This document shows positions 46,102 through 53,884 of a stretch of DNA of 55,630 nucleotides, piece after piece. The notes beneath the pieces are model-generated. The model was not told the DNA's origin and did not search any database. It was given only the letters and a program-made list of their open reading frames with translations. The stretch's first letter is position 1, and each line of letters opens with the position of its first letter. The translations under genes and the position numbers were made by a program. Source of the DNA: Thermococci archaeon (GTDB taxonomy: Archaea; Hadarchaeota; B88-G9); the NCBI GenBank assembly GCA_003660555.1, contig QMUK01000001.1, positions 1 to 55,630 of the forward strand, written 5' to 3'.

Positions 46102-47406
46102 ATGGAGCTGTTGAACTTACTTAAAGAGCTAGTCTCCTTCGATACCACCATAGGAGTAAAGAAGAAACCTAGTAAGGATTGTCCGAAGTTCATAAGAGAT
46201 TACCTAGAGGACAGAGGAGTATCATGCGAGATACTCGAGGAGAAAGGATACTACACTGTTCACGGAGAGATTGGAAGAGGGAGACCAATTGTAGCATTGC
46301 TGTCCCACTTCGATACAGTCCCCTTCAATCAGGAGGAGTGGAAATCTCACCCACTGGAGCTCAGGGTCGATGGAAATAGGGCATATGGCAGAGGTTCTTT
46401 AGACGACAAGAGCAACGTCGCATCAATAATGACAGCTCTGGAATCCATGGAACCCAAGAAGGGAAGAGTGGTTTTCGCATTTACAGGAGATGAGGAGATA
46501 GGAGGGAAAATGGGAGCATTAAAGTGGGCAGATTATTTAAAGGAAGAGGGACTATGGCCAGACTATCTAATAAATGGAGATGGATATGGAATGTTTCCAA
46601 TAATAAGGAGAAGGGGAGTATTTGGGGTAAGAATAACGGTACCATCGGATAAACGAAAAGTAAAAGGGTTAGAAGTAGAATTCGATTTCTCGCTCAGATG
46701 CCCAATATCCAAAACAGGACATGCCGCCCAGTTCCTCCCTGGAGTAGATGAACATCCCCTAATAGCTCTGTCTCAGGAGGTAAGACTCAGGGGGATACTT
46801 CTATCTAATATAGATGGGAACTTCGTAAAAAGCAACGTCCTGCCTAGTAGGGTCAAGGCGAGAGGAGTAATTCCGAAAGGGGATAGTGGAGAGGAGATAG
46901 AAGTAAATTTAGGGCTAACTGAATTGGTTAAGTCAATAGTACCTCTGACTAGAATACCTCTAAAGCCAGAGAAGTACAGCGATTTCGGAATCAACATCAC
47001 CCCAAATGTACTCGAGGTAAAGGAAAAGAGCATAGAATTGCTCTTGGATGTAAGGATTATGAGTCGAGAGCTATCTAAGGAGGAATTCGAGGAGGTATTG
47101 AGGTCTAATTTGAGAGAGTACTCCCTGAGGATCTCGGGCAAGTCCGGATACCTATACACTCCTGAGAACTCCAAACTAGTACTAGAGTGTTTAAAGGTGC
47201 TCAGAGATTTAGGAGAAGAAAGCTCTCCAGGGGAGGGAGCCGGAGCATCAGACTCTAGATATTTCTCTCCCGAGGTAGAGGCAATAGACATAGGACCCAG
47301 AGGGGGTGGAGCGCACTCCTCGGAGGAATACGTGGAGATAGACTCCCTAGAGAAAATGCCCATGCTCTATTCGAGATTGGTAAAGAGTCTCTTAGGAGGT
47401 GGTTAA
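46102..47406 (+). CDS. M20-family metallopeptidase/deacylase (ArgE/DapE/LysK-like)
   Basis: LLSHFDTVP, AYGRGSLDDK, FTGDEEIGG. Confidence 0.85.
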   Translation: MELLNLLKELVSFDTTIGVKKKPSKDCPKFIRDYLEDRGVSCEILEEKGYYTVHGEIGRGRPIVALLSHFDTVPFNQEEWKSHPLELRVDGNRAYGRGSLDDKSNVASIMTALESMEPKKGRVVFAFTGDEEIGGKMGALKWADYLKEEGLWPDYLINGDGYGMFPIIRRRGVFGVRITVPSDKRKVKGLEVEFDFSLRCPISKTGHAAQFLPGVDEHPLIALSQEVRLRGILLSNIDGNFVKSNVLPSRVKARGVIPKGDSGEEIEVNLGLTELVKSIVPLTRIPLKPEKYSDFGINITPNVLEVKEKSIELLLDVRIMSRELSKEEFEEVLRSNLREYSLRISGKSGYLYTPENSKLVLECLKVLRDLGEESSPGEGAGASDSRYFSPEVEAIDIGPRGGGAHSSEEYVEIDSLEKMPMLYSRLVKSLLGGG

Positions 47407-47410
47407 TTTG

Positions 47411-47803
47411 TCGATGTTGAGGGAGGGACTGAATATAGAGAAAGTCTTCGAAGTGAAGGAGGAACATTTAGCTAAGTTCTTAGCTAGTGGAGACGTGTAC
47501 GTGCTGTCTACTCCTTCAATGATAGCCTTCATGGAGAACGTCTCTAGGATGTTAGCAGAGAAGTACTTGAGTAATGAGGAAACCACTGTTGGGACCAAGG
47601 TTTGCGTAAGACATCTTAAGCCAGCACCTCTTGGGGCAGAAATAAGAGTTAAGAGCACTCTCACGAAGATAGATGGAAGAAGATTGACTTTTAAAGTGGA
47701 AGCCTGTTGGAAGGATGAACTAATAGGAGAAGGAGAACACGAGAGGTTCATAGTGAATAGGGATAAGTTCTCCGAGAGAGTAAAGAGATTGAGTACTTTA
47801 TAA
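47411..47803 (+). CDS. Hotdog-fold thioesterase (FlK-like)
   Basis: VLSTPSMIAFMENVSRML...TTVGTKVCVRHLKPAPLGAEIRVKSTLTKIDGRRLTFKVEA. ATG at 47411 lies 9 nt after AGGAGGTGG. Confidence 0.7.
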   Translation, partial: SMLREGLNIEKVFEVKEEHLAKFLASGDVYVLSTPSMIAFMENVSRMLAEKYLSNEETTVGTKVCVRHLKPAPLGAEIRVKSTLTKIDGRRLTFKVEACWKDELIGEGEHERFIVNRDKFSERVKRLSTL

Positions 47804-47932
47804 AGCAAAGGAAAACATCAGAAGGAATCCTAGTAGTTTGCGACAACACCATTCCATCTACTGGAAGTGGTGCATCTATCCAAACAAATGGTTGCTCCCT
47901 ACATAACTACTACGTTGGAACCAAGCGTAATC

Positions 47933-47940
47933 AATAAATA
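47933..47940 (+). promoter_or_regulatory. TATA-like box upstream of tRNA-Gly
   Basis: AATAAATA is centred about 28 nt upstream of the tRNA 5' end at 47965. Confidence 0.45.
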
Positions 47941-47964
47941 CTCTGGGGGAGTTCCAAGGGAAAG

Positions 47965-48041
47965 GCGGCCGTAGTCTAGTCTGGTTAGGACAGAGGCCCC
48001 CCAAGCCTCTGACCCGGGTTCAAATCCCGGCGGCCGCACCA
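47965..48041 (+). tRNA. tRNA-Gly (CCC), CCA encoded, unusual C at position 33
   Basis: GCGGCCGTAGTCTAGTCTGGTTAGGACAGAGGCCCCCCAAGCCTCTGACCCGGGTTCAAATCCCGGCGGCCGCACCA. Acceptor GCGGCCG/CGGCCGC. Anticodon stem GAGGC/GCCTC with loop CCCCCAA. Confidence 0.85.
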
Positions 48042-48042
48042 T

Positions 48043-49035
48043 TCAAATTTCGATTAATTCGTAATCCATAGATCCAAGTCCTATTTTCTCTGCGTATTCT
48101 ATTTGCCTTAGTGGATCTACTCTGTGCACTCTTTCGAATAAACCCTCTCCTCCCTTTTCATGTATCAAGTCCAAGGAAGCCTTCTCTATAGAGACTATGT
48201 CCTCAGAGGCCAATATACCGATGTCTCCGCATATTATCTCATTCCTAGGGGAAGAGGAGCAATCGCAAAGTTTGCTTATTCTCAATAGATAGTTGAGGTA
48301 CAACACCTTTCTCATCCCAAGAAGGCAAGCCTTAGCAGATATTGCTAGAGCCTCTAAGAAATTTCTCAGAGAGTAGTCCAAGGCCCCCTCTGGACAGTTC
48401 TCTACGCACTTACCACATCCGAAACACTTCTCTCTATCCCAAACCCATTGCCCTTCTTGAACATTTATTGCGTTTTCTGGACAAACTTGGGCACATATTC
48501 CACAATAATTACATAATTCCTCTACTCTTCTAGGCATTGCCCCCTCATGTAGCAATCTCTTCGTCTCTTTCGTTACTCCCCCCATTCCTAGGTTCTTTAT
48601 TGCTCCCCCGTATCCAGACATGGCGTGTCCCTTGCAGTGACTGATTACCACCATCTGGGAGTTCGTTGCTATGGTTTTACACACCTCTATCCTCAGCCCC
48701 TCTACCTCCACAGGCACACCTTCTTCGTCTATTACCACATCGCAAATTTCAGAGAATCCGTGCCTCTTTGCTACCTCCATGTATCCGCTGACCGACGATC
48801 TGGGACTCCTATATAAGACGACCGTGTCGAAAAGGAATGGGTGACCTCCATTTTCTCTTATGAATTTCAAGACTGGTTCTATTTCGTTTGGCCTCAAGAA
48901 GTACTTGTTCCCAGGCTCCCCCATGTGAATTTTTACGGGGACTTTACCAGTGAATCTTGGAGACACCTCTTCGAGGAGTTTTTCTAGATCCGAAATGTCT
49001 CTAACTAGATACACCACTCCCAAATGGGACCCCAT
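48043..49035 (-). CDS. DUF362-type Fe-S protein with inserted 2x[4Fe-4S] ferredoxin domain
   Basis: VPVKIHMGEPGN, ISHCKGH, CNYCGICAQVCP, CFGCGKCVENCP. ATG at 49035 is preferred over 49089, which would overlap the divergent gene. Confidence 0.75.
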   Translation of the reverse strand: MGSHLGVVYLVRDISDLEKLLEEVSPRFTGKVPVKIHMGEPGNKYFLRPNEIEPVLKFIRENGGHPFLFDTVVLYRSPRSSVSGYMEVAKRHGFSEICDVVIDEEGVPVEVEGLRIEVCKTIATNSQMVVISHCKGHAMSGYGGAIKNLGMGGVTKETKRLLHEGAMPRRVEELCNYCGICAQVCPENAINVQEGQWVWDREKCFGCGKCVENCPEGALDYSLRNFLEALAISAKACLLGMRKVLYLNYLLRISKLCDCSSSPRNEIICGDIGILASEDIVSIEKASLDLIHEKGGEGLFERVHRVDPLRQIEYAEKIGLGSMDYELIEI

Positions 49036-49055
49036 TGTGGTCAGCGAGGCAAGGG

Positions 49056-49061
49056 TTATAA
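49056..49061. promoter_or_regulatory. Palindromic TTATAA box shared by two divergent leaderless genes
   Basis: The centre is about 23.5 nt from the minus-strand ATG (49035) and about 25.5 nt from the plus-strand ATG (49084). The spacer is only 48 nt. Confidence 0.4.
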
Positions 49062-49083
49062 CCGTAATCTCTGGCTTCGAACC

Positions 49084-49842
49084 ATGCACCCATTAGTCTT
49101 CCTTCTGTTCGGCATCTCGATTGGAGCAATTGGTTCTTTCCTTGGGATAGGAGGAGGCACCATAGCGGTTCCGGTACTCTATTTCATAATGGGGTTAGAA
49201 ATACACGAAGCAATAGCTCTATCTACAGCAATGGTGTTCCTTACATCCATTTCAGGAGGAATAGCTCACAAGAGAGCAGGGAATTTGGATTTTAGGACCT
49301 CAGTTCTAGTTTCTTCTCCTGGATTGCTTACAGTAATACTCACCTCCTACAGTTTTCCCAGAATGAATCCATGGATTCTAGAATTAGCAATAGGGTCTTG
49401 CTTATTGATCGCTTCTTTGAGGATGTTTAGACAAGCTATATCAGAGAAAATTGGAGAGAAAGCCACTTTCAAACGCATAGACGGAAAGAAAGCTATAGCA
49501 TTGAAGCTAGTGCTTGGATTAGTTGTAGGTGGAGTAGTGGGAATGACCGGGACTGGAGGAGGATTCGTTTTAGTTCCAGCATTTACTTTGTTGTTGGGTA
49601 TGGAGGTGAGGAAAGCAGTAGGCACATCTTTGGTCTCATTTATGCCATTAGCGTTTTTCTCCACATTAGCCAAACTCTCTCAGGGATTCCTCAATTTGAG
49701 TTATGCTCTTCCTCTTGGAATTGGAGTTGTGATGGGAGCTCAGCTAGGAGCTAGAGCTGTGGAAATAGCTAAACCTTGGATGATAAAGCTGATTTTCTCT
49801 CTGTTACTTATGGGGATCTCACTCAGGTTACTCTTACCCTGA
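49084..49842 (+). CDS. TauE/SafE (DUF81) family anion exporter
   Basis: Two GIGGG/GTGGG motifs (FLGIGGGTIAVPVL; GMTGTGGGFVLVPAF) in a multi-TM protein. Confidence 0.8.
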   Translation: MHPLVFLLFGISIGAIGSFLGIGGGTIAVPVLYFIMGLEIHEAIALSTAMVFLTSISGGIAHKRAGNLDFRTSVLVSSPGLLTVILTSYSFPRMNPWILELAIGSCLLIASLRMFRQAISEKIGEKATFKRIDGKKAIALKLVLGLVVGGVVGMTGTGGGFVLVPAFTLLLGMEVRKAVGTSLVSFMPLAFFSTLAKLSQGFLNLSYALPLGIGVVMGAQLGARAVEIAKPWMIKLIFSLLLMGISLRLLLP

Positions 49843-49937
49843 GTCAGCGACATCGTCACCCAATGTCAGCGAACAATAGACACACACATTTTGGCAGAAT
49901 TACGAAACTCCAGACAGATTATTTGACTGTACCTGAG

Positions 49938-50549
49938 ATGAGAGATAATTTGAAGTTCCTTACCATAGTAACACCTTGGGGGAATGACTTGGACAAGAAG
50001 AAGAGAAGAAGGGAAGATGAGATATTCGAGGAAATAATCAGGGCCATGAGAGAGATAACTGAGATGATCAGTGAAGGAGGAATCGACTTAAGAGATCTCC
50101 TGGAGAGAATAAACAAAGAATCGCTCTTAGGTTTCAGATACGTCTATACTCCAGGTAAGTCGAGGATAGAAGTCCTAGACGATAGGGGCTGGAGAGAAAT
50201 ACCCATAGAGGACGAACTTCAGGAAGAAGTACCAAATGTAAGCGATCACGAGACGAGCGATCAAAGTGTAGGGAAGGAGTTTTCAGTTTCAAAAGTCCTA
50301 GAAACAAAAAGTACAAAAGTAGTGACACCTACGGAAGTGAAACTTCTGATACTAGCTCCAGATGTAGAAGAAAAGGACGTAAAAATAAGAAAAATAGGAA
50401 ATTCAATAGAGGTCATGTGCAAGAGGAGAGACGGATCCGGATATTTCGAGACCATGGAAGTCCCAGAAGACATCTCCATAGACGAGATGACAATCTCCAA
50501 AAGAGATGGAAAATACATAGAAATAAGAATACCTAGGATTATCTCATGA
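49938..50549 (+). CDS. Hsp20/alpha-crystallin-domain-like protein (divergent)
   Basis: C-terminal VKLLILAPDVEEKDVKIRKIGNSIEVMCKRR...YFETMEVPEDISIDEMTISKRDGKYIEIRIPRI follows the ACD beta-sandwich pattern. The ATG at 49938 avoids overlap with the TauE gene. Confidence 0.55.
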   Translation: MRDNLKFLTIVTPWGNDLDKKKRRREDEIFEEIIRAMREITEMISEGGIDLRDLLERINKESLLGFRYVYTPGKSRIEVLDDRGWREIPIEDELQEEVPNVSDHETSDQSVGKEFSVSKVLETKSTKVVTPTEVKLLILAPDVEEKDVKIRKIGNSIEVMCKRRDGSGYFETMEVPEDISIDEMTISKRDGKYIEIRIPRIIS

Positions 50550-51282
50550 ACGTCCACTCGTCGGATGAGTATTTACTCACTAGCTCCCTAGCTAATTCGA
50601 CCTCTGATTTGGTAAATTTGCTTTCCGAGAACTCAACTCCTAAAGCTTCTGAGAACCCCTCGGACAATAGAACCTTCATCTCGTCCTTGTTGGGTATTCC
50701 TCCTAATTCCCAATTAAGACATGTGACTCTTCCTTTAACGTCCTTTATGAGTTTGTCTGATACTTTCTCTCTAGAAACTCTAAGAACTGAAAACATAGCC
50801 TCGAGGTCTAAGTCTAATAGCAGAGTGCCGTGCTGGAGTATTCTTCCCCACTTCCTAGTTTGAGCATTTCCAGAAATTTTTCTCCCCTCCACTAGTACAT
50901 CGTTTATTGGAGAGAAAGACGCATTTAGTCCTAAATTTCTAAGAAAAATCACTATGCCTTCGCATATTTCTCTATAGCTCTCGGATATACTTTCGGAGGC
51001 GAACTCCTCTGGAAAAGTGAGACTATACGTTATTTCCCATTGATGTAGTACTGCTCCACCGCCTGTTATTCTCCTCACTAGATCAAAACCCCTTTTCTTT
51101 AGTTCTTCCACGTCTACTTCTTCCTTCACCTCTTGGAAATACCCTATGGATACTGCAGGCGGCCTCCACTCGTAAATTCTCAAAGTACTCTCCTTACCCC
51201 TTAAGAGAGCCTCATCCAATGCCATATTCCAGTAAGCGTTTCTAGCTCCGTCTATTATTAATCTCCACTTCTCCGGAGGCAA
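50539..51282 (-). CDS. lplA: Lipoate-protein ligase A catalytic domain protein
   Basis: NMALDEALL, RRITGGGAVLH, GRKISGNAQTR. Confidence 0.85.
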   Translation of the reverse strand: MPPEKWRLIIDGARNAYWNMALDEALLRGKESTLRIYEWRPPAVSIGYFQEVKEEVDVEELKKRGFDLVRRITGGGAVLHQWEITYSLTFPEEFASESISESYREICEGIVIFLRNLGLNASFSPINDVLVEGRKISGNAQTRKWGRILQHGTLLLDLDLEAMFSVLRVSREKVSDKLIKDVKGRVTCLNWELGGIPNKDEMKVLLSEGFSEALGVEFSESKFTKSEVELARELVSKYSSDEWTFMR

Positions 51283-52207
51283 TCAAATCCACCTCAATCT
51301 CCCTCAGTTCCTCTCTACTTAATGGCCTAGGGTAATTGTAGATTGGTCCAAGTGGCCCCTCATTGTAGAAGGGCCTGTTACATCCTGGACACCCAGAGGT
51401 CTCGAATGCCCCAGGAGGAACCTCTCTCACTTTCAATATTATTTTTCCCTCACGAGTCTCTATGTCAGATTTCTCTAGTTCCTCTTTGAATATCAGATAC
51501 CTAGCTAGTTGTATTTTCCTATAGGTAGTAATAGGTGGACCCTTCCTCCCCTTCATGGGGGTGTAAGCGAACAAGTTCACATTAACGCCCATCTTCTTCA
51601 TTAGGAAGATGAATTCTATTGCATCTAACTCACTTTCACCCAAACCAACTATGAGATTTGTATGTACTCTGAATTCTCCCATTTCCTTTACAGATTCCTT
51701 TAGTGCCCTTATGTGATCTTCCCATCTAAAAGGGTTACCAACTCCCTCCCCTTTTAATCTAGAGAAAAGCTCAGGAGTGGCGCAGTCGAGGGGAATTGAT
51801 ATTCTATCCAAGTAACTGTATACTTCCTTGTCTCTAAGTGGCTGAGTCGAAACAGAGAGGGGGAGACCAAGGTTACTAAATTTACTAGAGATTCGAATCA
51901 GCTCCTCTTCAAATCCGTCCTTTAATATCGTCTGAATACAAATTCTCCGAAATTCGTTTTGTTTTTTCTTAATCCTATCAATAACCTCTGACATTGGGAA
52001 AGAAGGCCACCTCACACGGGAGAGTTTGTTTCCTTTATTCCAGTAGCAGAAGGCACACTTTCCCTGACACTTGCCATGCATGATGAGGTAAGCTGTACTG
52101 GGTTTAACACAAACAGAGTTTTCGGTCAATCCCAATACAGAGGAAGTTCCTAGAGAAACTCCTATTTTTACCCCTTCATCTTCTTTGCTCCTCATTGGCC
52201 AATTCAC
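51242..52207 (-). CDS. Radical SAM protein, candidate archaeal LipS-type lipoyl synthase component
   Basis: CxxxCxxC motif CQGKCAFCYW. TIM-barrel-length protein. 41-nt overlap with lplA. Confidence 0.7.
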   Translation of the reverse strand: MNWPMRSKEDEGVKIGVSLGTSSVLGLTENSVCVKPSTAYLIMHGKCQGKCAFCYWNKGNKLSRVRWPSFPMSEVIDRIKKKQNEFRRICIQTILKDGFEEELIRISSKFSNLGLPLSVSTQPLRDKEVYSYLDRISIPLDCATPELFSRLKGEGVGNPFRWEDHIRALKESVKEMGEFRVHTNLIVGLGESELDAIEFIFLMKKMGVNVNLFAYTPMKGRKGPPITTYRKIQLARYLIFKEELEKSDIETREGKIILKVREVPPGAFETSGCPGCNRPFYNEGPLGPIYNYPRPLSREELREIEVDLIASGEVEINNRRS

Positions 52208-52415
52208 CTAGAGTTAAAGACTCTCCAGGTCCTAGGATTATTTCCCTCTTAGACTCTTTAGAGACTACCTCGAGGTGGACTCCCTTGGGGGATAAGTTTC
52301 TAATCTCTAGTTCATCGCCCCCTCTCTTTCCTTCTTTCTTGGACTCCAAGTAGACCGAGGCTAAGTAGAGGAGTATTCCTAGCACGAACAAAACGATACC
52401 GAGTTCAGCTAGCAA
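52176..52415 (-). CDS. Small hypothetical membrane-anchored protein
   Basis: N-terminal TM helix LGIVLFVLGILLYLASVYL. Host-like codons. Overlaps the radical SAM gene start. TTG start. Confidence 0.35.
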   Translation of the reverse strand: MLAELGIVLFVLGILLYLASVYLESKKEGKRGGDELEIRNLSPKGVHLEVVSKESKREIILGPGESLTLGELANEEQRR

Positions 52416-52441
52416 ATCCCTCCCCTCTTCTTGAAACGTTA

Positions 52442-52532
52442 TGGTAGCCCGGGGCGGATTCGAACCGCCGTCACGGGATCTCTCCGCTTAGGCTCCAGAG
52501 TCCCGTATGCTTGACCGCTACACCACCGGGCT
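52442..52532 (-). tRNA. tRNA-Gln (CUG) with 15-nt intron at the canonical 37/38 position; CCA encoded
   Basis: The reverse complement is AGCCCGGTGGTGTAGCGGTCAAGCATACGGGACTCTGG[AGCCTAAGCGGAGAG]ATCCCGTGACGGCGGTTCGAATCCGCCCCGGGCTACCA. A1:U72 pair as in archaeal tRNA-Gln. Intron at 52480-52494 with a bulge-helix-bulge fold. Confidence 0.85.
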
Positions 52533-52555
52533 CCTCCGGCGATAGAGTCACTCAG

Positions 52556-52564
52556 TATAAAAAG
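52556..52564 (-). promoter_or_regulatory. TATA-like box upstream of tRNA-Gln
   Basis: Minus-strand CTTTTTATA is centred about 28 nt upstream of the tRNA 5' end at 52532. Confidence 0.45.
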
Positions 52565-52745
52565 ACTTTTCCCAGCCCAAGTCCTAGAGCCCAAGATGTA
52601 GAGGGAACCTAAGAAGTGTCTGATTTCATAGTTCATCAAGAAGATCGCTGAAGTTTAGAGAAAATCCAAGTTCCTTTCCATAGTCTAAAATTGGTCACAC
52701 TTCAACTCCCAAATGGTCAGAAGGCATCAAATTAATCCAAATTCA

Positions 52746-52760
52746 GATGAATAATTCATC
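52746..52760. promoter_or_regulatory. Perfect 15-nt palindrome GATGAAT-A-ATTCATC upstream of the 52817 gene
   Basis: 7-bp arms, 57 nt upstream of the TTG start. Could be an operator and/or part of the A/T-rich promoter. Confidence 0.25.
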
Positions 52761-52816
52761 TCGAGGACACCAAAACCCTTATTTCCCCGTGACTCCTTCA
52801 TGAGTAGGGTGAGCTC

Positions 52817-53401
52817 TTGGACTTTACACAGGCTAGGACATACGGTGGAGTAGGAGCTTTACTGTCCTTCATGGGATACATAGGGACCATAATGTTCCCC
52901 GGGTCTATTATCCTCTCTGTCATAGGAGCAATACTCATATTGGTAGCAGTAAGGATGATTTCCTCTGAACTAGAGGACGAGCCCATATTTACGAATTACC
53001 TCATATCCTTCATCTTGGGGATAACGTCCATAGCAGTCCTGTTTGCCGGATTGATAGTAGCAGGCCTTTCCCTTTTCGGAGCATCTATTTTGGGACTAAT
53101 AACTAGTATAGTTGTCTTCGGAGTAGCCTTCATTTTGTTGGAAATTGCGAGTGCCTTCTTCTTGTGGAGAAGCTATAAGAGAATATCTTCTGGAACTGGA
53201 GTTCAACTGTTTGAGACAGTGGGCCTTCTATACTTCATAGGAGCTCTCACATTGGTGATCATAGTGGGAATGCTCGTCTCTTTCATTGCGGCCATATTGG
53301 AGATAGTAGCTTACTTCTCTTTACCCTTTAAGCTTGAGAAATCTCAATCAAAAGACGAAGGAAGACCCGAGGTGGTCGGATATGAGCCCGATCCAAGTTG
53401 A
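52817..53401 (+). CDS. Archaeal multi-TM membrane protein, DUF996-like
   Basis: ARTYGGVGALLSFMGYIGTIMFPGSIILSVIGAILILVAVRMIS is followed by three more TM helices. Host-like ATA-rich codon usage. Confidence 0.5.
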   Translation: MDFTQARTYGGVGALLSFMGYIGTIMFPGSIILSVIGAILILVAVRMISSELEDEPIFTNYLISFILGITSIAVLFAGLIVAGLSLFGASILGLITSIVVFGVAFILLEIASAFFLWRSYKRISSGTGVQLFETVGLLYFIGALTLVIIVGMLVSFIAAILEIVAYFSLPFKLEKSQSKDEGRPEVVGYEPDPS

Positions 53402-53422
53402 TATCTTAACATCCGATACCCT

Positions 53423-53773
53423 TTATGGACTTGGGATCCGTTGATCCTTTAGGAGTATTTTTGTGACGTTGCAGACAGCATGCCCCCTGTTAGGCGACGT
53501 TGCCATGAATATATCAATCATCGGAGTTTCTGACGATGCTGGATTGGGCATAACATCCCTCGTTCTTTGGTCTATTATTAGTCCAATTCCTCTAAAACTA
53601 CTTGTCCAATAAGAGGTTGCGACCTCTCCTCCCTATTACATCAAATGTTCCTTCTTGCTCCAGGATTTCTATTACTATAAACTTTCCGCCTTATTGTTCA
53701 CATATCTCACTTTCTCCTCACGAACTTTCCCTAATCTGAGTTCACGCACTACATCCTGTGGTAATACCACCAT
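53423..53773 (-). pseudogene. Decayed vapBC-like toxin-antitoxin pair (AbrB-type antitoxin plus PIN-domain remnant), multiple frameshifts
   Basis: The minus strand reads MVVLPQDVVRELRLGKVREEKVRYVNNKAESL*, continuing after a 1-nt shift as KFIVIEILEQEG (AbrB/SpoVT-like). It then reads ...RNLLLD/TSSF... (PIN N-terminal LLDTS motif split by a frameshift) and ...MIDIFMATSPNRGHAVCNVTKILLKD (PIN C-terminal D..iAa.a...g..lvT.n pattern). Confidence 0.35.
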
Positions 53774-53884
53774 CGTGGCTCTGCATCTATGAGATCATCT
53801 ATCTCTGCGGATTTGCTCAGTTCAAAACATTTGTCATCTTAACTCTCTTCCGAGTACCTAGACTATACAGTTCGTCGAAGCCAA

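Noticed and set aside
52439-52639. 66-aa ORF on the minus strand.
   Set aside because: It is entirely explained by the intron-containing tRNA-Gln (52442-52532) and its promoter.
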